NCBI GenBank assembly: GCA_964429815.1
Contig: CAYSCM010000001.1
Span: forward strand, 32,001-96,000
Length of the DNA: 64,000 nt
Reading direction: 5' to 3'
Source: an uncultured Candidatus Saccharibacteria bacterium
Lineage (GTDB): Bacteria; Patescibacteriota; Minisyncoccia; Phycocordibacterales; CAYSCM01
Below the pieces are notes generated by a model. It searched no databases. It was not told the origin of the DNA and saw only the letters and a program-made list of their open reading frames with translations. Below are positions 36,332 to 44,619 of this stretch, in pieces; position 1 is the stretch's first letter, and every line of letters starts with the position of its first letter. Both the position numbers and the translations under genes were made by a program.

Positions 36332-37373
36332 GTTCGATAAGTATAGTCGAAATCGTTTTTACGATGGCTTTGGTGCTGAAGCGCTCTCCCGCCACACGCG
36401 AGAGGTACGCTCCGATCTGGGGGCGGTCGACCGACTCGACGAGCGCACGTATTCGCTCCGCGAGCGCTATGGGGTCGCGTTCGGGAAAGGTGAGACGCGA
36501 GGCGTACTGCCCAAAGTATCCGCTAAACGCGACATTGCTCACGATGGGAGGTGTTCCCGCGGCCATGGATTCGATGACGGCTTTATCGAGGCCGCCGGGC
36601 GGGGTCATATTGACGGAAACGCTCGCCCGACAGTACCACACGGGAAGTCCCTCGTTGGGAATGGAGCCTATAAAACGGACGGTCTTCCCTAGTCCGCGTT
36701 CTTCGACGAGCCTGAGAAGCTTTTTTTCATATGCGCGATCGCTTTCGTGGACCGGAGCTCCAATGAACGTGACGCTGAACCTCTCCTTCCAGTGACGCTT
36801 TAAGATCTCTGCCGCCTCGATGAGCGTATCGCAGTTCTTGATGGGCGTGATACGCCCGACGCTTATGACGGCACGCTCCTCACGCGCAGAGCTCTCGCAG
36901 GCAAAGCGCCCCACCTCGATGCCATGCCCGAGAATGTGAAGTTTCCGCGACGGCAACCGAAAGCTGTAGCGCGATGCGGTTAAGACCGCGTGGCTGAAAA
37001 GATGCGCTACGTAGAGCTTGAGGTTCACCTGCCGATGCGTATACCATAATCCGACCCGCTTTCCCATAAGGCGCCAGGGTATGCCGCCCAAGACGACATA
37101 CTCGGGATTCATGTGAACGAGTACGACGTCGTACGGACGACGGATGGAAAAAATATATTGATAGAAACGCCACAGGTACGTGAGCCTCCCGGCACCTTCC
37201 TCCTTCCCCAGCGAGCGCACATGGACGTTCTCGGGTAGTGTAGCTCCTCCGCGTTCAAGACAGATGACCTCGACGGCCGTAAAGTGCCGTGCGAATTCCT
37301 GCAACCACGATATGACGTACGCTAGAAGATCGTCGTCTTCGTCAATTTTCTGGGTAATAAAGAGGAGTCGCAT
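36318..37373 (-). CDS. Glycosyltransferase family 4
   Basis: GGLDKAVIESMAAGTPPIVSNV is the GT4 C-terminal EX7E region. Confidence 0.7.
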   Translation of the reverse strand: MRLLFITQKIDEDDDLLAYVISWLQEFARHFTAVEVICLERGGATLPENVHVRSLGKEEGAGRLTYLWRFYQYIFSIRRPYDVVLVHMNPEYVVLGGIPWRLMGKRVGLWYTHRQVNLKLYVAHLFSHAVLTASRYSFRLPSRKLHILGHGIEVGRFACESSAREERAVISVGRITPIKNCDTLIEAAEILKRHWKERFSVTFIGAPVHESDRAYEKKLLRLVEERGLGKTVRFIGSIPNEGLPVWYCRASVSVNMTPPGGLDKAVIESMAAGTPPIVSNVAFSGYFGQYASRLTFPERDPIALAERIRALVESVDRPQIGAYLSRVAGERFSTKAIVKTISTILIEHVRH

Positions 37374-37374
37374 G

Positions 37375-38478
37375 TCAGTTCGTGAGAAGGTCGATATAGC
37401 GCTTCAGGTATTCCTTCTTGGTTGCCGCAAAGCCGGTGAGGCCGAGAACGAAATCCCCTGCCGTCGCCCTGCCATCTTTAATGGTCTCTCGCAGTGCGTC
37501 AGCGAACTCATTTATTGAGCGGCCTGCGACGATGGCGGAGCGTGCGCCGAGATTGTAGAGCTCCCGGGCTACGCCTACATCGGTCGACACGAAAGGGCAC
37601 CCGAGTGCCGCGGCTTCGACAAGCGCGAGTCCGTAGCCGTCATAAGCGCTGGTGAAAAGGAGGGCATCCGCGCTTTTATAGAGGCCGCCGAGATTCTCTC
37701 TCCAGCCCATGAATACAACTCTGTCGGAAATACCGAGGTTTTTTGCCCGAAACTCCAAATGTGCCCGGTCACTTCCATCTCCGGCAATACAAAGCCCTAC
37801 CCCTTTCGGCTGCAAGGCTATAACATCAATGGCCAGAGCGATGCCTTTTTCTTTCTCAAGCCGAGCCGCAACAAGCACGTGCTTGCGAAATTGCGGGTAC
37901 ATTTTCTTGAGATCACTACCTTCTTCTTCCCAGAGTTTTTTGAGATCCGTAAATATCGGCAGTACGTGGACGGGAGCTTTCAGGCGGAGGGGCCGTAGCG
38001 AGTCGACTATGCGTTTGCTGACGACGCGTATTGAGTTGGTTTTGGGTAAAAGTATCGTGCCGATGAACACTCGCAGGCGATTGAGCATCGAGAGCGAAGC
38101 AAAATAGGGGCTCAAAAAATCAGTATGGATCTGCGCCTGGAAGCGTGCGCGATGATACCGAGCCAGCCGCCAACCGACGAGCCCCGTCTCGAAGGGGTCT
38201 TGCGTGCTCACGACCGAGACACCCTTGATTTTTTTGCCGATGCGGTAGGCGCCCAACAGGTACAAGAGTCTGTGGCATGCACTCGTCGGATACAGGAAGA
38301 GATTTTCCTCTGCCACAGCAGCAAACCCGTGTCTTTTTGTCGAAAACACGATGACGTGAAGCTCGCTTCCTTTGTGCCTATGTGTTTCGAGCGCGTGAGC
38401 ATACTCCCGCAGGCGCTGCCGCACGGCGGAGCGCTCGTCGAATGCCTTTCGGTCTGTTGATACCATGAGCACCTTCAT
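37375..38478 (-). CDS. Glycosyltransferase family 4
   Basis: YDGYGLALVEAAALGCPFVSTDVG is the GT4 motif. Confidence 0.7.
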   Translation of the reverse strand: MKVLMVSTDRKAFDERSAVRQRLREYAHALETHRHKGSELHVIVFSTKRHGFAAVAEENLFLYPTSACHRLLYLLGAYRIGKKIKGVSVVSTQDPFETGLVGWRLARYHRARFQAQIHTDFLSPYFASLSMLNRLRVFIGTILLPKTNSIRVVSKRIVDSLRPLRLKAPVHVLPIFTDLKKLWEEEGSDLKKMYPQFRKHVLVAARLEKEKGIALAIDVIALQPKGVGLCIAGDGSDRAHLEFRAKNLGISDRVVFMGWRENLGGLYKSADALLFTSAYDGYGLALVEAAALGCPFVSTDVGVARELYNLGARSAIVAGRSINEFADALRETIKDGRATAGDFVLGLTGFAATKKEYLKRYIDLLTN

Positions 38479-39611
38479 ACGTTTTTCTTCAAGAATTCCT
38501 CCACAGCCTCAACCATCTTCGCTTCAGAAAATTTGGCAAGCGAGCGCCTCCCTGCCGCGGAAAGTTTCCCCGCAAGTGAGCGCTCCCCGAGCACCCGGAG
38601 CATCGCGGTCTCCAGGGCTTTCCGATTGTTGTAGGGCACAAGAAGTCCGTTTTTGCCATCCTCGATGACTTCCGGGTTACCACCAACTTTGGTCGTCACG
38701 ATCGGAGTGCCGACGGCAAGGACTTCGAGAAGTTGGTGCGAGAGCCCTTCGTAGCCGGTATTGAGAACAAAAAGGTCCGCCGCTTTGATGTAGCGCAGGA
38801 GAACGTCGCGCTCGAGATTTCCTGCCAGAACGACATTCTCCTCGAGGCCTTTCGTTTCAATGAGCGTCTCAAGAGCTCCTCGCTGTGGCCCGTCCCCGGC
38901 AATCATGAGCTTCACGTTGGGGAATTTTTTACGTAGCGTCGGCACGGCCGAGATGAGGGTCTCAAAACCCTTCCAGGGTACGAGGCGCCCTGCGGACATG
39001 ACAAAAACCCCGTCGAACTGGAGTATCCCGCGCAGTACGTCGCGCCTCCCGGAGACCGCAATATCTTCAACGGCGCTTAAAATGACCTCGATTTTTTTTG
39101 CTTCGATCCCCCACTTCCCTATGACTTTCTTGAAATAGGCGCTCGGCACGATGATGCGCCGCGCCTTGCGGGCGACGTAGCGCTCGACGAAGACGAAGAG
39201 ACGGACAAGCGGGTGCGTTTGTCCCTGCTTTACGAAATCGTCGAGAAGTTCGGTGACACCGAATCGGTTCATGCCCTGCTCCCACGCGAAATCCCCCGCG
39301 ACGCGTAAGAGGAAGGTCTTTTTTCGAAACGAGGCGACGAGTGCAGCCGGGAACCCCACGGAAACGGGGTCGAGGGCGAGAATGGCGTCACAGCTCTCCG
39401 AGAGCTTCCACAGGAGGGCTAGGTACACGAGGTGGCGTACTCCGGGCGGAAACTTCCGGACCTTCCCAAAGTAGGCGACGGAAATTTCGATGCCGCGGCC
39501 GGGGAGGTGTGTGATGAGGCTTTTGGCAAAAGTAGCCGGCCCGCCGACATCAGGGGGGAGAAGCGGGGTCGCTAGCAAGAGCCGCATAGGAGTAGTATAA
39601 CGGCAAACCAT
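38475..39611 (-). CDS. Glycosyltransferase family 4
   Basis: YEGLSHQLLEVLAVGTPIVTTKVGGNPEVIEDGKNGLLV is the GT4 motif. Confidence 0.7.
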   Translation of the reverse strand: MVCRYTTPMRLLLATPLLPPDVGGPATFAKSLITHLPGRGIEISVAYFGKVRKFPPGVRHLVYLALLWKLSESCDAILALDPVSVGFPAALVASFRKKTFLLRVAGDFAWEQGMNRFGVTELLDDFVKQGQTHPLVRLFVFVERYVARKARRIIVPSAYFKKVIGKWGIEAKKIEVILSAVEDIAVSGRRDVLRGILQFDGVFVMSAGRLVPWKGFETLISAVPTLRKKFPNVKLMIAGDGPQRGALETLIETKGLEENVVLAGNLERDVLLRYIKAADLFVLNTGYEGLSHQLLEVLAVGTPIVTTKVGGNPEVIEDGKNGLLVPYNNRKALETAMLRVLGERSLAGKLSAAGRRSLAKFSEAKMVEAVEEFLKKNV

Positions 39612-39620
39612 GGCTCTCGG

Positions 39621-40829
39621 TCAGCGCGAAAGGAGCGGCATAAATACCCTTTCGCGCATACCGGCAGCGACGAGGCTCCAGTCATATTTTTCAAACACGA
39701 GCTTGCGAGCATACTTGACGACTCCCGAGACCTTCTCGGGACCGGCAAGAATATCTTCGACCGCCGCGACGATATCGCTCGGAGAGTCTTTATCGACGGC
39801 CCACCCGGTGGTCGGTTTGTCGGGGTTTCGTTTCGCATCAAACAGGAAGTCCGCAATGCCCCCTTCCTGGGTCCCAATGACGGGAATTCCTGCTGCCATA
39901 GCTTCGATGAATGAATTTCCCATGCCCTCCGAGCGGCTCGGGCGGATGAAAATATCGCACGCTTTGAGATACTTCGGCATCTCGTCATGAGAGAGCTGGC
40001 CGAGGAATTTCACCCGCCTCTCGACCCCAAGCTCCCGCGCAAGGGCCTTTAGTTTTATCTCGTCGGGCCCGACGCCAAAGACGACGAAATGGACACTCTG
40101 TGGAAGGCCGCGCTGTGCGCGTATGACGTCGTCGACAGCGTTTTTGTGGACAAGCCGGGAAGTCGTCACCAGAAAAACATCGCCCTCTTTCTTGCCGAGG
40201 AGCGTCTTCACCGTTTCCATCTCCTCGGGCGGATAGGAGGCCGAGAAACGTTTGGTATCAACGGCGTTCGGGATGATTTCAAGGCGCCCCTTGAAACCTC
40301 GTCGGCGCGCCCAGGAGCCTAAGAACGTGGAGATCGCTTGGATAGTGTCGGCCGTCGTGAAGGCGCGAGAAAAAAGTGGCCATACCGGGCGAGCCAGGCG
40401 TTCGATATGCTCCGGTGGATCACCTTCTTGGAGGGTGAGAATAAACGGGACCTTGGGGTGGAACCACTTGAAAAGCGCCGCGGGGATGCCACATGAGTGC
40501 GCCATCATTGCCCAGATAGCATCGAAGTGATACCTCCGGTGAAGCGAGAGGGCCTTCCAGGCCGCAAGAAACTGAAAGAGATGCTTATTGTAGTGGAGGG
40601 GAAATCGCTTAAGGTCTGCCATCGTGGGGTTCGGACGCGCAGGCCCAATGCGATGGACATACACATTTCCTATTTTTTCTTCCTTGGGAAGGGAGGAGTC
40701 GAATCTCAGGCACACCATGTGAAGTTCAATTTCAGATGTAGCAATGCGATCAGTAATTTCTTTGATAGCCACCTCTGCCCCGCCCACGTGCGGGTAATAG
40801 GTCAGGGAAAAAATGAGTATTCGTTTCAT
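39621..40829 (-). CDS. Glycosyltransferase family 4
   Basis: SEGMGNSFIEAMAAGIPVIGTQEGG is the GT4 motif. The likely start is MKRILIFS at 40829, overlapping the upstream stop; the ORF track extends to 40880. Confidence 0.7.
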   Translation of the reverse strand: MKRILIFSLTYYPHVGGAEVAIKEITDRIATSEIELHMVCLRFDSSLPKEEKIGNVYVHRIGPARPNPTMADLKRFPLHYNKHLFQFLAAWKALSLHRRYHFDAIWAMMAHSCGIPAALFKWFHPKVPFILTLQEGDPPEHIERLARPVWPLFSRAFTTADTIQAISTFLGSWARRRGFKGRLEIIPNAVDTKRFSASYPPEEMETVKTLLGKKEGDVFLVTTSRLVHKNAVDDVIRAQRGLPQSVHFVVFGVGPDEIKLKALARELGVERRVKFLGQLSHDEMPKYLKACDIFIRPSRSEGMGNSFIEAMAAGIPVIGTQEGGIADFLFDAKRNPDKPTTGWAVDKDSPSDIVAAVEDILAGPEKVSGVVKYARKLVFEKYDWSLVAAGMRERVFMPLLSR

Positions 40830-41689
40830 GTGCGCCGCGCTTCCTTGATGTATTCCTCGACGGACTTGGTTATCTTCCACCCGATGGATTCCGACCTACT
40901 GGTATCGATCGCGGAGCTCATACGATTCCCTGCACGCTCGGGAAGCATTTTAATTTCAGTGCCAAACAGTTTCGCAATGTCGAGGATGGAATATTCACGC
41001 ACATCCCCCAAACCATAGTCATCGCCCTCCCCCCTTTCCCCAACAATCACAAGTCCCTCGACAATGTCGTGCACGTGGGTAAAGTTGCGTTTTTGGGTGC
41101 CGGGAGACACGACCGTAAGGGGTTCCCCCGCAAGATATTTTTGTCGGAAGATTTCTATGACCGTACCGTACGCCCCCGCACGTTCACGCGGCCCATACAC
41201 GTTGTAAAAATAGGTGATCGCGTACGGGACGCCAAACCACACGCCGTAGTTATGAACCAGGTCCGTATTGCTTGCCTTACACCACGCATAGGGGCTCTGG
41301 TGCCTCCCAAGCCCATCATCAGCAAATTTTGTGGACGATCCGGCGTAGACGAGTTTTGATCCACGGTTTCGACAGAACTCCACCACCCCAAATGTTCCAA
41401 GTACATTGAGGTCCCATACCAGTGAAGGCTCGTCAAAGCTCTTTTCGACACGGGAATACTCCCCGAGGTGATATACAACATCAGGTTTCTCCGGTATGTG
41501 CGTGTCGATATCTTTGGTATGCCCCTCGCGATAGGTGACTCCAGGGACGTGATTTTCCCTCGAGCCGGTGAAATAGTTATCGAGGGATATGACCTTATGC
41601 CCATCTTTCGCGAGACGTTCACATAAGTGTGAGCCTATGAAACCGGCTCCGCCGGTCACTAGGATGAGTTTTTGTATAGCCAAAGCCAT
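40826..41689 (-). CDS. NAD-dependent epimerase/dehydratase, UDP-glucuronate decarboxylase (UXS)-like
   Basis: ILVTGGAGFIGSHLCERL and LDNYFTGSREN parallel the UXS DNFFTG motif. YAWCK is the YxxxK motif. It is 287 aa. Confidence 0.7.
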   Translation of the reverse strand: MALAIQKLILVTGGAGFIGSHLCERLAKDGHKVISLDNYFTGSRENHVPGVTYREGHTKDIDTHIPEKPDVVYHLGEYSRVEKSFDEPSLVWDLNVLGTFGVVEFCRNRGSKLVYAGSSTKFADDGLGRHQSPYAWCKASNTDLVHNYGVWFGVPYAITYFYNVYGPRERAGAYGTVIEIFRQKYLAGEPLTVVSPGTQKRNFTHVHDIVEGLVIVGERGEGDDYGLGDVREYSILDIAKLFGTEIKMLPERAGNRMSSAIDTSRSESIGWKITKSVEEYIKEARRT

Positions 41690-41718
41690 GGAAGTTAAGC
41701 CTACGGTAGCGATTCTCT

Positions 41719-42498
41719 TTATTCAATGATCTCGTACTCGGCCGCTTCGGCTGACACTGAAATGCTCGAGTCGTGTTTTCGGCGCGCAAGGTATACAGCG
41801 CCTGCGCCGAGCGCTAGCACGGTGCCGAGCGCGAGCCACCACAGGTACGGGGAGTGTTGTTCCTCCCCAGTAGCCACGAACCCCGGCTTCGGGGTCAGTG
41901 CGCTCTCTACAACGCCCGGGGGTGGCTCGAGGTTGGCGGGCTTTCGCGACGCTTTTTGTGTAATCACATTTGGGGAAGAAGGAGCGGTTTTTGCTGTCGG
42001 GATATCGGCTTGCGCGAGTGCCCGACCTGGAGAAGGTTTCGCGGCGATGAAGCCTCCGAGGGTGCGTGAGAGCGAAAGTCCGTCCCCTGCCGCGCCAAGC
42101 GCGTGTGTGTACGTGACCGAATCGAGCGTCGAGCTTCCGCTCAAAAGCGCGATTGTTTCGCCGGTATTCGAGAGCGAAAACGAGCTATCAAAAAGCGCCC
42201 CGGTGTAAGATGGGTTGTCGGCCAAAAATTTCGCCGGATCGGCGGCGATGACCGCATACACCCCCGAAGCCAGAACAGACGTACCGGACGCTTTGAGAGT
42301 GTGTCTGACTCCACCCTCGAGCAGCCTGAGGGTCGTAAGGTCGACGGGTCCGCCTCCCCCGTTGTATACCTCGATCCACTCGCGGCCATCATCGGCACCA
42401 GGGAGGTCATAGAGCACCTCGCTGATAGAGACCTGCGCGAAAAGCGGTAGTGGAGCGACGAGGAGCCCGATAAGCGCGCTAGTTCGAGTCATCAGCAA
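41719..42498 (-). CDS. Lamin-tail-domain (LTD) protein with signal peptide and C-terminal membrane anchor
   Basis: ISEVLYDLPGADDGREWIEVYNGGGGPVDL is the LTD signature. There is an N-terminal signal-like hydrophobic segment. The C-terminal WWLALGTVLALGAGAVYLARRK is a transmembrane segment. Confidence 0.65.
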   Translation of the reverse strand: MLMTRTSALIGLLVAPLPLFAQVSISEVLYDLPGADDGREWIEVYNGGGGPVDLTTLRLLEGGVRHTLKASGTSVLASGVYAVIAADPAKFLADNPSYTGALFDSSFSLSNTGETIALLSGSSTLDSVTYTHALGAAGDGLSLSRTLGGFIAAKPSPGRALAQADIPTAKTAPSSPNVITQKASRKPANLEPPPGVVESALTPKPGFVATGEEQHSPYLWWLALGTVLALGAGAVYLARRKHDSSISVSAEAAEYEIIE

Positions 42499-44260
42499 GC
42501 ATTTTTCGAAGCTCTTCGGGTGAGGGTTCGCCCGTATGCTGTTGTGTCGGAGTCGCTTCGTTGGTCAATTCTTTCGATGATTCCCCCTTTCGTTCCTCCT
42601 GGGCTCGAGCGCGCTCAGCCATAGCCTTTGCGAGTGCATCGCGCAGTGCATTGTTTTGTTTCGGAGTCTCCGGCTGCGCCTGCTCCCTTTTATCTTTCTT
42701 TTCGAGCTCTTTCCCGGCCACCTGGCGTAGCGTCTCGCGAAGTTTCGCAAGATGGTCTCCTGTCGACTGCTGCGGGCGAGAAGATATCTGTGAAGGAACT
42801 CCCGTGGAAGGAGGAGGTGCTCTTCTCTCCTCACGGCGGGTATCAGCTCCGCGCTCAGGGCGCGCTTCAGCATTACGATGTTCGCGGGGACGAGATCCCC
42901 CGTTGCGGTCTCGGGAGGAAACGCCCGCTCCGGCAGGAGCCGTCGATGGTCGCAGGGGTTCCACCGGTTCATGCCACTTGGCAATATCCCGCTCGACATC
43001 AGCACGTGGGCGAGCAAATTGCTGGCGCGACATCGCAAGGATTTCTTGCTTAAAGGAGCGCGTGGGTGCCTCAATTGGCGGAAGAGTTACGGCAGAAAAG
43101 GGCGGCGAGCCGACGCCGTCGATCATGAGTGAGAGGTATATCTGGCGAAGACCAAGGTTGACGATATCCTCTGCAGTAAATTTTGGCGCAAAAACTTTCT
43201 CCAGGAGCTCCGCATCGAGTGGACCCACTCGAAAGGCGATAGTGGTGCCAACGTTGCCAAACACCGCATCGCGCACCTCCTCTTCCATTTGTTCCACATA
43301 TTGATGTGCGATGGTGAGGGAGAGCCTATATTTGCGGGCCTCGGCAAGAATATCCGCAAAGGATGCATTCGCAAACGACTGAAACTCGTCTACGTAAAAA
43401 TAGAGACTGGGGAGTTTGGCCTGTGTTGCGGCGGAAGTATCTGCGCGGCTCATGGCGGCCAAATAGATGCGCGTGGTGAGCATAGAACCAAGAAGTGCTG
43501 TGTTTGTCTCCCCCACTAAGCCCTTGGAGAGATTCATGATGATGATTTTTTTCTCATCCATCAATTTACGCAAGTCAAAAGAAGATTTGGACTGTCCGAT
43601 GATGTTGCGAATAAGGGGGTTGGAGCTGTACTGCCCCACCTTGTTCTGAATTGCAGGGGTTGCTTCTGCTGCGAAGCGCTCAGTGTACTTGGCAAATTCA
43701 TTGACCCAAAACGCTTTCACTGATGGGTCGGAAATGTTAGCGACAACTCGATCTCGATAGGGTTTATCCGAGAGCATGCGGTTCACCGCAAGGAGCGTTG
43801 TGTCTGGATATTCCAAAAGTGCCAAGAGTGTATTGGTAAGGATGTATTCCATGCGGGCGCTCCAGGTGTCTGGGCCCCACACTTTTTTAAAGGCACTCAT
43901 AAGTCCCGAGGCGACGAAGTGTCTTCGCGCTGGACCCACATCTTCCATCACGTTGAAGGCCACCGGGTAGTCGGTATCAAACGGCGCGAAATAGAGCACG
44001 TCTTTCACACGCTCGGCCGGAATATAGTCGAGAAGTTTTTCAGCCGTGCCACCGTGCGGATCGATAAAGGCAAGTCCCTCACCATTCATAATGTCCTGGA
44101 TGGCCATGTTCTCGAGAAGAGTCGACTTACCCATGCCCGTTTTACCGATGACATAGACGTGCCGTGAGCGGTCTTTGGCTTTGATGCCAAAGGGGGTGCG
44201 CTTGCCGCGTGAGTCGGTAACAGCAAAATACGTTATCCTCTCGTCGGGATTCATCTTCAT
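42479..44260 (-). CDS. P-loop ATPase, type IV secretion coupling-protein-like (VirD4/TraD/TrwB-type DNA-binding domain) with long low-complexity charged C-terminal tail
   Basis: YVIGKTGMGKST is Walker A. AFIDPHGG is a DPxG motif. The N-terminal MKMNPDERITYFAVTD..RGKR.PFGIK resembles CPR/Gram-positive T4SS coupling proteins. The C-terminal 150 aa are R/E/P-rich. The start is taken as 44260; the ORF track extends to 44305. Confidence 0.6.
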   Translation of the reverse strand: MKMNPDERITYFAVTDSRGKRTPFGIKAKDRSRHVYVIGKTGMGKSTLLENMAIQDIMNGEGLAFIDPHGGTAEKLLDYIPAERVKDVLYFAPFDTDYPVAFNVMEDVGPARRHFVASGLMSAFKKVWGPDTWSARMEYILTNTLLALLEYPDTTLLAVNRMLSDKPYRDRVVANISDPSVKAFWVNEFAKYTERFAAEATPAIQNKVGQYSSNPLIRNIIGQSKSSFDLRKLMDEKKIIIMNLSKGLVGETNTALLGSMLTTRIYLAAMSRADTSAATQAKLPSLYFYVDEFQSFANASFADILAEARKYRLSLTIAHQYVEQMEEEVRDAVFGNVGTTIAFRVGPLDAELLEKVFAPKFTAEDIVNLGLRQIYLSLMIDGVGSPPFSAVTLPPIEAPTRSFKQEILAMSRQQFARPRADVERDIAKWHEPVEPLRPSTAPAGAGVSSRDRNGGSRPREHRNAEARPERGADTRREERRAPPPSTGVPSQISSRPQQSTGDHLAKLRETLRQVAGKELEKKDKREQAQPETPKQNNALRDALAKAMAERARAQEERKGESSKELTNEATPTQQHTGEPSPEELRKMLADDSN

Positions 44261-44261
44261 G

Positions 44262-44267
44262 AGTATA
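44262..44267 (-). promoter_or_regulatory. Candidate -10 box (TATACT) abutting the ATG of the VirD4-like gene (possible leaderless mRNA)
   Basis: The minus-strand sequence reads TTGCAT-20nt-TATACT-C-ATG. The spacer is long for a sigma70 promoter, so only the -10 element is called. Confidence 0.25.
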
Positions 44268-44288
44268 GCAATTTTGCCGCCATCGCGA

Positions 44289-44318
44289 TGCAAAAAGCCC
44301 CGCACTCTTTTGCGGGGC
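44289..44318 (-). terminator. Rho-independent terminator after the small gene at 44339-44554
   Basis: The minus-strand hairpin gccccgcaaaagagtgcggggc is followed by tttttg. Confidence 0.5.
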
Positions 44319-44338
44319 TTCCAGGTGTACGGCTTCGA

Positions 44339-44554
44339 TCAATGAACGCTGACCGGCTCGAGATCGTGGCTTTTCACGGCCTGGAACGCTGTGTCACGGT
44401 CGCTGATGATCGCGAGTTGGGTCCCGTCTGCCGCGTGGACGGAGAATGCGCGCTCACCATTTTCAACGACCGGCTTGATGTAGGCCACCCTATTTAGCAT
44501 CCACACCTGCCACTCAGCCTGCGTCAGGGGCCTGTAGATGGTGTCGGTTTTCAT
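44339..44554 (-). CDS. Small conserved hypothetical protein (71 aa), DUF1150-like pattern
   Basis: A GAGGTG SD lies 4 nt upstream. The C-terminal pattern FSVHAADGTQLAII.DRDTAFQAV..HDLEPVSVH resembles DUF1150-family small proteins, recalled from memory rather than searched. A terminator follows. Confidence 0.45.
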   Translation of the reverse strand: MKTDTIYRPLTQAEWQVWMLNRVAYIKPVVENGERAFSVHAADGTQLAIISDRDTAFQAVKSHDLEPVSVH

Positions 44555-44619
44555 GGCACACCTCGTCGTCGCTACCTTCAGTAGACCAGATATCCGATTT
44601 CACGCAATTGCGTTACGCA

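Noticed and set aside
42561-43304. 247-aa plus-strand ORF (and several others) antisense to the VirD4-like ATPase gene
   Set aside because: It is R/S/A-rich low-complexity. The same pattern occurs at 16404-16682, 17202-18016 and 45040-45585, antisense to well-supported genes. These are GC-driven artefacts.
44261-44293. Full sigma70 promoter (TTGCAT ... TATACT) for the VirD4-like gene
   Set aside because: On recount the spacer is 20 nt, too long for a standard -35/-10 pair. Only the -10 element adjacent to the ATG is retained, at low confidence.
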